A stretch of 64,000 nucleotides of DNA, from IMG/VR virus record IMGVR_UViG_3300032050_000011, one strand, 5' to 3'. This stretch comes from a virus. How positions within the stretch are numbered: position 1 is the stretch's first letter; the number at the start of each line of letters is the position of its first letter. A program made the translations under genes and the position numbers. The notes under the pieces are model-generated. The model saw only the letters and a list, made by a program, of their open reading frames with translations, was not told the origin of the DNA and ran no database searches. Positions 19,840 to 28,566 of the stretch are shown here, piece after piece.

Positions 19840-20169
19840 ATGAAAGCATTATTAATTTTAACTACTTTATGTTTTTCGCTTGCTGCAAGTGCAGAAGTAA
19901 GAATAATTAAATTTTCAGCCGAGTGGTGCAAGCCGTGCAAAGACTACAAGCCGGTTATCGATAAAGTAGTAAAAGAACTAAAGCTTGACATGCAAGAGGT
20001 CGACATCGATAAGAATCCTAACCTAGCGAATAAATTTGCAGTTGAAGGCGTGCCAACGACAGTGTTCCTTGAAGGCGATAAAGAGGTTGCTAGAATTTTA
20101 GGTTCTGTTGACGAAAAATTTTTAAAACAATTTACTGAGAATGTAATAAAATCAACAAAGGGGAAATAG
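19840..20169 (+). CDS. thioredoxin with signal peptide
   Basis: MKALLILTTLCFSLAASA|E signal; FSAEWCKPC; GVPT. Confidence 0.85.
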   Translation: MKALLILTTLCFSLAASAEVRIIKFSAEWCKPCKDYKPVIDKVVKELKLDMQEVDIDKNPNLANKFAVEGVPTTVFLEGDKEVARILGSVDEKFLKQFTENVIKSTKGK

Positions 20170-20170
20170 C

Positions 20171-20590
20171 ATGTTGTCACTTATCTATGGCGGTATTACA
20201 CATCATTATTTAGCAAAAGACCTTCCCTACTGTAATCCTATTAAAGGCGGTATGGGAACGATCCATAATGAGTATGTTATAGCCATGGCTGGCTCTAAAG
20301 ATTTCAGACTTGGTCTAATATCGGGTAAAGACTCTGCATGCGGAAATATAATGGGTCCAATATCTGCAACTAAAATAAGTGACAATATTGATTTTATGCT
20401 AGGCGGTTACAATACTAATTTCAAAAAATTTCGTGACAGAATGATAGAACCACCTTCAATCGGCGGGATAACGCCTGTTGTTGGGCTTGATTTTAAAATA
20501 CCACTATTCGAGTACGAAGATACTAAATTGTCACTAGATACTTTAGTATCTTTCGGAGTGATAACGCACGCAATAAATCTTAGTTTTTGA
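20171..20590 (+). CDS. hypothetical protein, possibly PagP-like beta-barrel
   Basis: GGITHHY N-terminus, alternating beta pattern, C-terminal Phe; no clear signal peptide. Confidence 0.35.
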   Translation: MLSLIYGGITHHYLAKDLPYCNPIKGGMGTIHNEYVIAMAGSKDFRLGLISGKDSACGNIMGPISATKISDNIDFMLGGYNTNFKKFRDRMIEPPSIGGITPVVGLDFKIPLFEYEDTKLSLDTLVSFGVITHAINLSF

Positions 20591-20597
20591 GGTTAAT

Positions 20598-20756
20598 ATG
20601 TATACATTAATACTAATAGTTGTGTCTCTGGGACAATACCCTGCAGTAACATCTATTGACTTTGACAATAGTGCAACGTGTCTTAAGGCTTTATCTACCT
20701 CTCTGGAGTTAGAGGGTCAGGGCTTAAAAATTAAAGCAAGGTGTGTACCAAAATGA
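20598..20756 (+). CDS. small putative secreted protein with Cys pair
   Basis: GAGG RBS; MYTLILIVVSLG...C...ARCVPK. Confidence 0.5.
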   Translation: MYTLILIVVSLGQYPAVTSIDFDNSATCLKALSTSLELEGQGLKIKARCVPK

Positions 20757-21183
20757 TTAGATTATTTTTAGCAAGCGCAGGCTTAGGCCTAAGTTGTAAA
20801 TTGTTCTACATATCAGAAGATTTTGTAACGCAAACCATATGTCTGCTATTTATTCCGCTTTTCGTACTAGGCGTTAACTCTGCGATAAAGCAAATAGCGG
20901 TAGATGATAATGATGAGTAACATGGAATGCCCTTTCTGTTCAGTTCCGTGCCGCACCAAATGGTGTCCGTATAATGAGCAAGAGGATACGGAGGGCAAAG
21001 TGAAGAGATCAGACATGAGAAAGATCATATATGAAACACTTGAGTCGGGCTGGTCGCACCCGGAGGCTAATGCAAAACTTGCAGAAGACATTTTAGTAGC
21101 CATAGAGCGAGCAGGCATGCTACCGCCAATAGCTTTTTTACCTAAACTTAAAATATCAGATAATGCATGGGAGTCGGAGCAAG

Positions 21184-21468
21184 ATGGCTAAGGTTATAGT
21201 CCACAAACCAACTCATGTATTTGATTACGAAACAGTAAACAGTATGACGGTTTGTTTGTGGAACCTGCAGTTGCGACTATTTGAACTAGATGAAGAGACT
21301 CTTATAAATTACTTTAACACTGTATTTGTGTCTGATATCTACGAGAACAACAGATATACCAATAAGATACTAAAGATATGCACACTTGAATGGCCAATGT
21401 CTGAGCAAGACAGACTGTGTTTGGCTACCCATATTGCGGTTCAACTGCTGGGACTAGGAGAGTTATGA
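21184..21468 (+). CDS. hypothetical protein
   Basis: GGAG before ATG 21184. Confidence 0.55.
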   Translation: MAKVIVHKPTHVFDYETVNSMTVCLWNLQLRLFELDEETLINYFNTVFVSDIYENNRYTNKILKICTLEWPMSEQDRLCLATHIAVQLLGLGEL

Positions 21469-21824
21469 ATTACACTAGGTACTTACTATTGATGATACTT
21501 GGACTGACGCTGTGTTTTCCTCCCGCTATTCTTATGCTAGTGATTTTAAGTGCAATACTTAATTATTTCTTTTTTAGCAATAGTATATTGTTTGGTGGAC
21601 TCTTGGTAATCTATTCTCTTTATAAGATGGCTAAAATCTATTCTGCCAGAAAGGAATGGGATGATTAGGATGTGGTTGCTAGTTATTCAAATGAGTCACG
21701 GATATGTGGAGCAAGGCTTCTTCATTGAAAGAGATAACTGTATAAAAATGGGTAAAGAGATTGTTGGCAAGTCTAAGTATATGACCTATGAATGCAAGAG
21801 GCGAAAAGTCAAAATTAAATAATA

Positions 21825-22394
21825 TTAGTCGTCTTCGCCCTCTATCTCGTCTATTAGACCTAGATCAAGAGCTTTTTCTGAAGAAATATAAGTATCAAAG
21901 TCCATCATTTTTTGGAGTTGCGCTAGCTTAAAACCTGAATCTTTTTCATTTATCTTAGATAAATAAATAGCCATGCAGATCTTATCCATCTCATCATTTT
22001 CTTGTACTGCACGCTTAACATCATTAAAATGACCATTGACATCCATCTGACCTCTATGTATCATCAATCTTGAATGCTTACTCATGACTCTAACATCTGC
22101 CGCTTGCAATATGATGCTACCCATACTCATCGCTACGCCTATTACCTTAACGGTAACAGCATTTCCGCAGTCTTTTATAGCATCATAGGCCGCAAAACCA
22201 AGATTGACATCTCCGCCGCTTGAGTCAAGCACTACTAATATTTCGCCATCTGTTTTATCTAGATACTTTATCAACTTAACAAACTTATGTATGTTCTCAC
22301 TGTCGACTTCGCCCTGCAAGTAGATTATTCTGCCGCGTATATCTATACCATGCTCTATGAGAATATCAAAATCAGTCTGTCGCCTGTCGTTCAT
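21825..22394 (-). CDS. clpP: ClpP-like serine protease (ClpP2)
   Basis: RIIYLQGEV, DSSGG, AMSMG (Ser), LMIHR (His), FDTYISS (Asp), LGLIDEI; start 22394 after AAGGGA. Confidence 0.9.
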   Translation of the reverse strand: MNDRRQTDFDILIEHGIDIRGRIIYLQGEVDSENIHKFVKLIKYLDKTDGEILVVLDSSGGDVNLGFAAYDAIKDCGNAVTVKVIGVAMSMGSIILQAADVRVMSKHSRLMIHRGQMDVNGHFNDVKRAVQENDEMDKICMAIYLSKINEKDSGFKLAQLQKMMDFDTYISSEKALDLGLIDEIEGEDD

Positions 22395-22436
22395 ATATGT
22401 CCCTTGACACTGCCACGGCAGCATACTATATCTAGC

Positions 22437-22470
22437 ATTATACCTGGTCTTGCTTTGGCAGATTCGATAT
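22437..22470. promoter_or_regulatory. back-to-back promoters: class B GGTATAAT (- strand, 22437-22444, clpP2) and class A GCAGATTCGATAT (+ strand, 22458-22470)
   Basis: Motifs read directly. Confidence 0.6.
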
Positions 22471-22487
22471 AAAATCAAGAGGTTAAG

Positions 22488-22781
22488 ATGAGTAAAACAA
22501 ATGAAGAACTTGTAAGAGAATTTTTAGAAAAAGGTGGAAAAATAGAAGTGCTACCACCTGCTGACAATAATCAGGTAAATCCTATATCTAGTATTACAAG
22601 TCAGCCAGTTAAACTTCTCTCGCTAGAAGAGGCAGAGTCCCTATACGGCGAAAAAACAGAAAGAAAAAGTAAGGCTAAAAAGCCTGACCTAAAAAACATA
22701 AACATGAATCTAATACCCGATCATTTGAAGAAATACATATTGTCGAAGTTCGACAATGATATTACAAAGGAGAACGAATGA
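22488..22781 (+). CDS. SutA-like RNA polymerase-binding protein (putative)
   Basis: VREFLEKGGKIEVLP motif. Confidence 0.5.
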   Translation: MSKTNEELVREFLEKGGKIEVLPPADNNQVNPISSITSQPVKLLSLEEAESLYGEKTERKSKAKKPDLKNINMNLIPDHLKKYILSKFDNDITKENE

Positions 22782-23935
22782 AGCCAATTAGAATCTTAGA
22801 GGTGCTAAAGCTTGCAATGGCAGCACGCAAGAATGACGATGTATTTAATCCGCTATTTACAGGCGATGCTGGTCTGGGTAAATCTCAGATCTGTCAAAAG
22901 TTTGTAGATGTAATGAGGGTCACGGGTTTTCCAGAGGCAGGTATCGATGCAGATCCTGATTTCGGTTTTCTTGACCTACGCATTGCCTACTACGAAGCTC
23001 CCGACCTTATCGGGTTTCCTGAAACTGTCTCAGATGACAGAGGCACCAAGCGCACGACTCATTGTCTACCTGATTTCTGGCCAACAAGAGGCCAAGGTCT
23101 TATTCTTCTCGAGGAACCTAACCGCGGCACAACCGGTGTCATGAACTGTCTCATGCAGCTTCTAACCGACCGTAAAATAAATAAATACGAGCTGCCACAA
23201 GGCTGGATCGTAGCGTCCTGTATCAACCCAGACACGGCAGAATATGATGTGAATGCCATGGATGCCGCTCTTCGTAACCGCTTCGAGGAATACGAGGTCG
23301 AATACGATGCAATCTCCTTCATTGATTACATCGAATCAGCAGGCTGGCATGACACAGTGCAGATGTTCATTAAATCAGGTGTCTGGGTCTACAAGGACAC
23401 AAAGTCCATCGGCGACAACGGCAAGTATATCTCGCCTCGTACCTGGTCCAAAGTCAATGCTGCGGAGAAAGCAGGTGTAGGTGCAGATCGTCGTCTCCAC
23501 CGCGAGACCATGACATCCATTCTAGGCCGTGACATCGGTAATGAGTATCACAAGTTCTGTTATGACGAAGCTCCGGTTACTGCTAAAGATCTTATTGCAG
23601 ACAAAAAGAAAGCTCTCAAGCGTCTTGAAAAGCAATCTGATCCTAACTCTTATAAAGGCGATATGATTGCTGTTACAGTGGAATCAATCGCTCAGTATTA
23701 TTCTTGTACGATCGACGATGACAAAGATAAAGGTCTTGTTGGCGAGAATACAATGGCAGAGGTTGCCAAGATCATTCCTTCCGATCAGGCCATCAATCTT
23801 ATCAAGCAGTGCGGTTTCAAGCAGAGCAAAGGTTCTATCACCACTTTCTTCCGTGATTTTGTTGCTCGCCACCCTGACTTGACAAAAGTATTGAAAGGTA
23901 ATATTAGATTAGATAGAAGCGTAGGAAAAGATTAA
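22778..23935 (+). CDS. MoxR-like AAA+ ATPase
   Basis: GDAGLGKS, LLEEPNR, MDAALRNRF, SPRTW. Confidence 0.85.
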   Translation: MKPIRILEVLKLAMAARKNDDVFNPLFTGDAGLGKSQICQKFVDVMRVTGFPEAGIDADPDFGFLDLRIAYYEAPDLIGFPETVSDDRGTKRTTHCLPDFWPTRGQGLILLEEPNRGTTGVMNCLMQLLTDRKINKYELPQGWIVASCINPDTAEYDVNAMDAALRNRFEEYEVEYDAISFIDYIESAGWHDTVQMFIKSGVWVYKDTKSIGDNGKYISPRTWSKVNAAEKAGVGADRRLHRETMTSILGRDIGNEYHKFCYDEAPVTAKDLIADKKKALKRLEKQSDPNSYKGDMIAVTVESIAQYYSCTIDDDKDKGLVGENTMAEVAKIIPSDQAINLIKQCGFKQSKGSITTFFRDFVARHPDLTKVLKGNIRLDRSVGKD

Positions 23936-23973
23936 CCAATACGCTTTTAAGCCTGTAGAATTATAGGCAATTC

Positions 23974-24012
23974 GGCCGCATGGTTTATCCCTTTGTCCAT
24001 GCGGCCTTTTTT
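23974..24012 (+). terminator. rho-independent terminator
   Basis: GGCCGCATGG-13 nt-CCATGCGGCC followed by T6. Confidence 0.85.
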
Positions 24013-24024
24013 AAATGAGGTTTT

Positions 24025-24363
24025 ATGAATAATGAGATGCTCACTAAAGTAATAAATCTAGTTAATTCAACTAATGAAATGATAAAACTTAGAAACGAAG
24101 AAATACAACTTTATCATAAACTTACTAGGGCTATCATTGGTCAAAAACTATTAAAAGACCAAAAATCTAAAGAAGTTAAATCTATCGAACTACCCGTAAA
24201 GACACAAAATATTCTGAAAGAGCACGGCGTAAGATTTGGTTGGCCACATGGAACAAGCATTAAATTATATGACTCTGGTGCAGTAGAAGTATTAGCAAGT
24301 ATAAAAAATACAACTACTTATATATTCGTAATTGAAGATAATACTATATTAATTCCAGCTTAG
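24025..24363 (+). CDS. hypothetical protein
   Basis: GAGG RBS. Confidence 0.65.
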   Translation: MNNEMLTKVINLVNSTNEMIKLRNEEIQLYHKLTRAIIGQKLLKDQKSKEVKSIELPVKTQNILKEHGVRFGWPHGTSIKLYDSGAVEVLASIKNTTTYIFVIEDNTILIPA

Positions 24364-24375
24364 GTAAGTACCATA

Positions 24376-25134
24376 ATGGCAAGAAAAAAGAAAGTTCTAA
24401 GAGAATACAACGTCTGCAAGTGCTTAGTAACTAACATACAGTCAGTTACAGGGCATAAAACACACGAGATACTATCATATATGCATTCTCTAGCAGAGAA
24501 CTGCATAAAAGAGAATGGATTAAGAGTAGATAAATATGAAGAAGTGTCCTACTACGAGCCGACTATAATTGACTACTCCTATTATCCTAACACTAAGATA
24601 TATCTAGCCGTATCTATTAGTAGAATTTCTAATCTAATAGAAGAAGACAATTCCGACGACTTAGTACAGTGCATGTATGTAGACTACAAGTTCTACACGC
24701 CTTCTTCTATTAAAAAACTAACACAAGAACAGTTTGACGATATAGTTATCGATGCAATGCTGACTGACTTTTCTATGGACTTTGATCCGCCTGCTATAAA
24801 GAAAAGAAAGACGCTTGTTCAACTAAAGAAAGAAGAAAAAGAGCGTGAGGCTAAAGAAAAAGTAAGACAAATTAATTATCTAAAAAAAGAACTAAAAAGT
24901 CTTCTTAGGCAAACTCTAGAATATAAAGCAAATGCTGTAGATGACAGTTCCACTAAATCTACAAGAAACTACTATGTTAGACAATTTAAAAAAAGTGAAA
25001 GAGAAATAAACTATGTAATTAATCAGCTAAAAAACCTAGGCGATAAAACACATGAGGTGCTTTTGACCCCAACAGATTCGATAAATAATCAAACGGAGGG
25101 CAAATGTCAAACCAAAGTCAAACTCAAGCTCTAG
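24376..25134 (+). CDS. hypothetical protein
   Basis: 252-aa ORF. Confidence 0.7.
   Translation: MARKKKVLREYNVCKCLVTNIQSVTGHKTHEILSYMHSLAENCIKENGLRVDKYEEVSYYEPTIIDYSYYPNTKIYLAVSISRISNLIEEDNSDDLVQCMYVDYKFYTPSSIKKLTQEQFDDIVIDAMLTDFSMDFDPPAIKKRKTLVQLKKEEKEREAKEKVRQINYLKKELKSLLRQTLEYKANAVDDSSTKSTRNYYVRQFKKSEREINYVINQLKNLGDKTHEVLLTPTDSINNQTEGKCQTKVKLKL
25071..25084 (+). promoter_or_regulatory. class A promoter motif (AACAGATTCGATAA)
   Basis: Upstream of GGAGG-ATG 25104. Confidence 0.7.
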
Positions 25135-26585
25135 ATCTCACAGAAGAAGAGAAACAACATCTTGAAGAACTAAAGCGCAAAGCCAAAGAAGCTGGCATGC
25201 GATCTCGTGAAGAAGCCCTAGAAGCTGCGAAGCGCGAAATGGTGGGTGCAGACGAACAAAAGCAATGTTTGCAAACCGCAATATTTCAGACGACTAAAAC
25301 AAATCCATTCATGGGCTCTGTACTTCAGTGTATGAACATGACCTATAGCCACGTGATTCCAACTGCTGGTGTTATGTTTAATGCTGAGTTGAAGCGCTGG
25401 GATATGCTGTTAAATCCATATTTTTTCTGTCGTAAACTAAATGAAGTACAACGTAAAGCAGTTTTATTGCATGAGCTCTATCATATTACTCACAAGCATC
25501 CGCTACGTGTTCCATTCATGAAACTATCAAGCCATAAGCGTCAGCTCATGAACATCGCTATGGACATGGCAATTAACCAATTCATTAAAGATCTTCCAGC
25601 CGGATGCCCTCAGTGTCCGCCGCGTAAGCCAGGCCAATTCGCGTCCTTGCCATGCGAAAATCCAGACTGCTGTGGCTCAGGTATCGACATCAAAGATTTC
25701 TTCGACACAGACAAAAATGGCAAAATAGTTCAATGGGAAGCACGTCAGCCAGCTGAGCACTATTACGAAAAGCTAATGGAAAGATTTCAGGATCCAGATC
25801 CGGAAGATCAAGACAATAAGGATGGCAACGCAGGTGGTGGTGCAAGCAGCGGCGATCTTCCAAAAACAACTGATGTTCACCACTGGGATGGCTCAAGTGA
25901 AGAAAAAGATATGCTTGAAGCAACTGAAGATCTAGTTAAGCGTGCAATGATTAAATGCAAGTTTGGCCACGATGAGCTGCCAGGTCATATCAGAGAACTA
26001 CTTGACCATATTAAGCAGCGCAGAGCAGAGCTAGACTACAAACGTCTGATTCTTCAGGCGATGAAGTCCTCGCTTCCTGCCAACTTTCGCGTCAAATCAT
26101 GGACTCGTAAGAGCAAACGCTATGGCGCAAAAGCACCAGGCAATAAGAATGGAGAAGAACCTAAGCTAGATAATTTTATCGACACATCAGGATCTATCTC
26201 CATCGAAGAAGCAAATAACTTCCTAGATATCGTAGATGAGTTCTTGCGTGTTGGCGCTAGGAAGTGTACACTCAATATGTTTCATACTTCTAACTATTAT
26301 CGCGAAGACTACAAGCGAGGTCAGCGTATCAAGCGTGAAGATATTCAGTCAGGCGGAACATGCCTAGAAGATTCATTCCGCGTGATTGCAAAATCTAGAC
26401 CTGACCTAGCGATTATCTTAACCGATGGCTACTACAGCCATGTTGATACAAAGAAGCTGGTAGGCCCAAATGGCAGGTTTCCAAATACTGTGTTTATCAT
26501 CAGCAAGGATGGTACTACGGATCATCCGTTTAAAAATGAACCGTGGGCAAAGACAGTACAGATTCCAGGCAGTGTGAAGCGATGA
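25104..26585 (+). CDS. metallopeptidase-like (HExxH) + VWA domain protein (DUF2201-type), MoxR partner
   Basis: LHELYH, NIAMDMAIN, IDTSGSI MIDAS, GGT, LTDG. Confidence 0.85.
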   Translation: MSNQSQTQALDLTEEEKQHLEELKRKAKEAGMRSREEALEAAKREMVGADEQKQCLQTAIFQTTKTNPFMGSVLQCMNMTYSHVIPTAGVMFNAELKRWDMLLNPYFFCRKLNEVQRKAVLLHELYHITHKHPLRVPFMKLSSHKRQLMNIAMDMAINQFIKDLPAGCPQCPPRKPGQFASLPCENPDCCGSGIDIKDFFDTDKNGKIVQWEARQPAEHYYEKLMERFQDPDPEDQDNKDGNAGGGASSGDLPKTTDVHHWDGSSEEKDMLEATEDLVKRAMIKCKFGHDELPGHIRELLDHIKQRRAELDYKRLILQAMKSSLPANFRVKSWTRKSKRYGAKAPGNKNGEEPKLDNFIDTSGSISIEEANNFLDIVDEFLRVGARKCTLNMFHTSNYYREDYKRGQRIKREDIQSGGTCLEDSFRVIAKSRPDLAIILTDGYYSHVDTKKLVGPNGRFPNTVFIISKDGTTDHPFKNEPWAKTVQIPGSVKR

Positions 26586-26795
26586 GTAACTTTGGCTTAA
26601 ACTTAAGAAGCCACAAATGGCGCTGGACCTATGACGAGCAAGGTACAGACGCCTACAATGTATTGGGTGCACTAGAGTGCACTCTTTATAATTTAAGCAT
26701 AATGGCGCCATTAAATAATTATTGGAATATGGATGAAATGGAGCGTTTTGGTTTTGAGTTTAGCTTCTTAACCAAGCGAAACATAAAGGACAACT

Positions 26796-27014
26796 GTGGA
26801 CAATAGTAGGATCGCCTTAAAAGGCCTCAGAAAGAACGATCAAGGAGACATAGTCGAGTATGATCTTAGCATAAAATTAAATGAAATAACTGTAATCTCT
26901 ATGGTTAGAGATGAGGCCTATGTATCTATATTTAATGGTCGTTGTTATAGGGTTAGTCATAGTTTTGATGAATTAAAAAGACTAATAGAAAACACAGAAA
27001 CAAGCCAACTGTAG
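26796..27014 (+). CDS. hypothetical protein
   Basis: AAGGA RBS, GTG start. Confidence 0.55.
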   Translation: MDNSRIALKGLRKNDQGDIVEYDLSIKLNEITVISMVRDEAYVSIFNGRCYRVSHSFDELKRLIENTETSQL

Positions 27015-27060
27015 CAGTGTCAGAGGCTATTTATAGTAAATTATATGGTATAATATAGGT

Positions 27061-27576
27061 ATGGAAAACACTAAGCTGCTTGATTCTTTACAAGAAATTT
27101 ATGATGACCTAATCTGGCTCGAAGAGCAGGTTGCCTCTGATCTAAATAAGGGGCCCAACTATTGGAAAGACAAGGACCCGGCTAAGTATAAGAAAATGCT
27201 AACAAAATTGCGAAGAGATCGCAAAACACCTGGCCATAAAGAGCGCGGCTATCAGCAGGTTCTTCAGGCTAAGCGGCGTGAAAAAGGTAAGCCTGGCACG
27301 CGTAGCGGCCAAAATGGCAAGAAGGGTCACTCTTCAGGGCATATGAAGACTAAGACAGGTGCTGCAGCGAAGCGCTATGCTTCTGCCGAGAAAAAGCATG
27401 GTAAGAAGATGTCAATGAACCGCAAGAACAACAATAAAGGATACGCCTCGGGCAACGTAAAGCTTATATCTCAGAAATACAATAAGGGCGACGAAAAGTA
27501 TTCTAGAAAAGCACCTGAAAATAATCTTAAAAGTAAATTAAAAAAACTAAAAAAAGCATTACTTGATTATCTTTAA
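27061..27576 (+). CDS. very basic protein with degenerate HNH-like motif; putative internal head protein
   Basis: SMNRKNNNKGYASGNV; acidic leader ending LNKG; leaderless after GGTATAAT (27047-27054). Confidence 0.5.
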   Translation: MENTKLLDSLQEIYDDLIWLEEQVASDLNKGPNYWKDKDPAKYKKMLTKLRRDRKTPGHKERGYQQVLQAKRREKGKPGTRSGQNGKKGHSSGHMKTKTGAAAKRYASAEKKHGKKMSMNRKNNNKGYASGNVKLISQKYNKGDEKYSRKAPENNLKSKLKKLKKALLDYL

Positions 27577-27582
27577 TTAAAT

Positions 27583-28143
27583 ATGGAAAAACTACACATA
27601 TCTGAAAATGGTCAGTGGCAGCTAAATAAAGTTTTACTAAATTCAATAAGTCCTGCGGACGCAGAAGTTAAGAATCCAGAAGCAGACAGAAGAAATATAT
27701 CGGTGGTAAACAAGCAGCTGCCAAACGGTCTGATCTATAAGCAGTTTAAAGTACGCGGAAGCAACAGCAACGCTAGAATTCATACGTTATATGAGAAAAA
27801 TAACCCCGAACCTGTAAGCATAATGAATACATCAGATTCTCAAGATGTCGGCAACGACAAAATCTATAAGAATACAGTTAACTGGGCGTCAACTATACCA
27901 GAGCATCAAAAAAAAGGTCTTGGTAGACAGCTATATTTGGCCGCACTAATGCATTTGGGCACAATACACTCTGATGATAACATATCTCCGCATATACATA
28001 AACTCTGGGGCAGTCTATCAAAGATACCTGGGCTTTCGGTGCGACTGAGTGCTGGAGATAGTGAACTGCATAGACACAGAGCAGAACTAGATCCAAGCAA
28101 AAAACTAGATCTTAATTCGCTATTTCATAGTATAAATCTCTAA
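27583..28143 (+). CDS. GNAT-like acetyltransferase with N-terminal leader
   Basis: PEHQKKGLGRQLY acetyl-CoA motif A; leader shared with 6284. Confidence 0.55.
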   Translation: MEKLHISENGQWQLNKVLLNSISPADAEVKNPEADRRNISVVNKQLPNGLIYKQFKVRGSNSNARIHTLYEKNNPEPVSIMNTSDSQDVGNDKIYKNTVNWASTIPEHQKKGLGRQLYLAALMHLGTIHSDDNISPHIHKLWGSLSKIPGLSVRLSAGDSELHRHRAELDPSKKLDLNSLFHSINL

Positions 28144-28169
28144 TAGCGTAAAATTAAAGCCACAACCAT

Positions 28170-28511
28170 ATGACAGCTAATTATAAAAGAAAAAGACTTA
28201 TTGAAAAAAATAGCTCGGATAGGGAGACGACTGCGATTCGTAAGCAGCTCAATTCCTCAGAGAGAATTAAGACAAAAAATGAGATTAAAAAAAATATAAG
28301 CGATAGAATACAAATAGCTCAAGAACTAAGATGGGAGTTCGAGGTGAAGCAGTCATCAGAATGCCATCATAATGAAATATTTGGCCCACACGTGCATATG
28401 CAAACAATGCTAGCACTGCTGGATGTAGGTGATTTCGATCTATATCGCTGCACATGCCTAGACACTTACAAACTATCCGATGAACAGATATTGAAAATGT
28501 TTGGCCTATAA
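28170..28511 (+). CDS. hypothetical protein (His/Cys C-terminus)
   Basis: 113-aa ORF. Confidence 0.55.
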   Translation: MTANYKRKRLIEKNSSDRETTAIRKQLNSSERIKTKNEIKKNISDRIQIAQELRWEFEVKQSSECHHNEIFGPHVHMQTMLALLDVGDFDLYRCTCLDTYKLSDEQILKMFGL

Positions 28512-28566
28512 TTACTCTGTAATTTCATAAACGTATAATATCTTTAAGATTATAAAAAGAGGTAGT

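Noticed and set aside
15161-22394. ClpP genes as prohead proteases
   Set aside because: They lie outside the head module, co-occur with clpS/clpA, and head proteins show K|A/S sites typical of a different protease; not fully excluded
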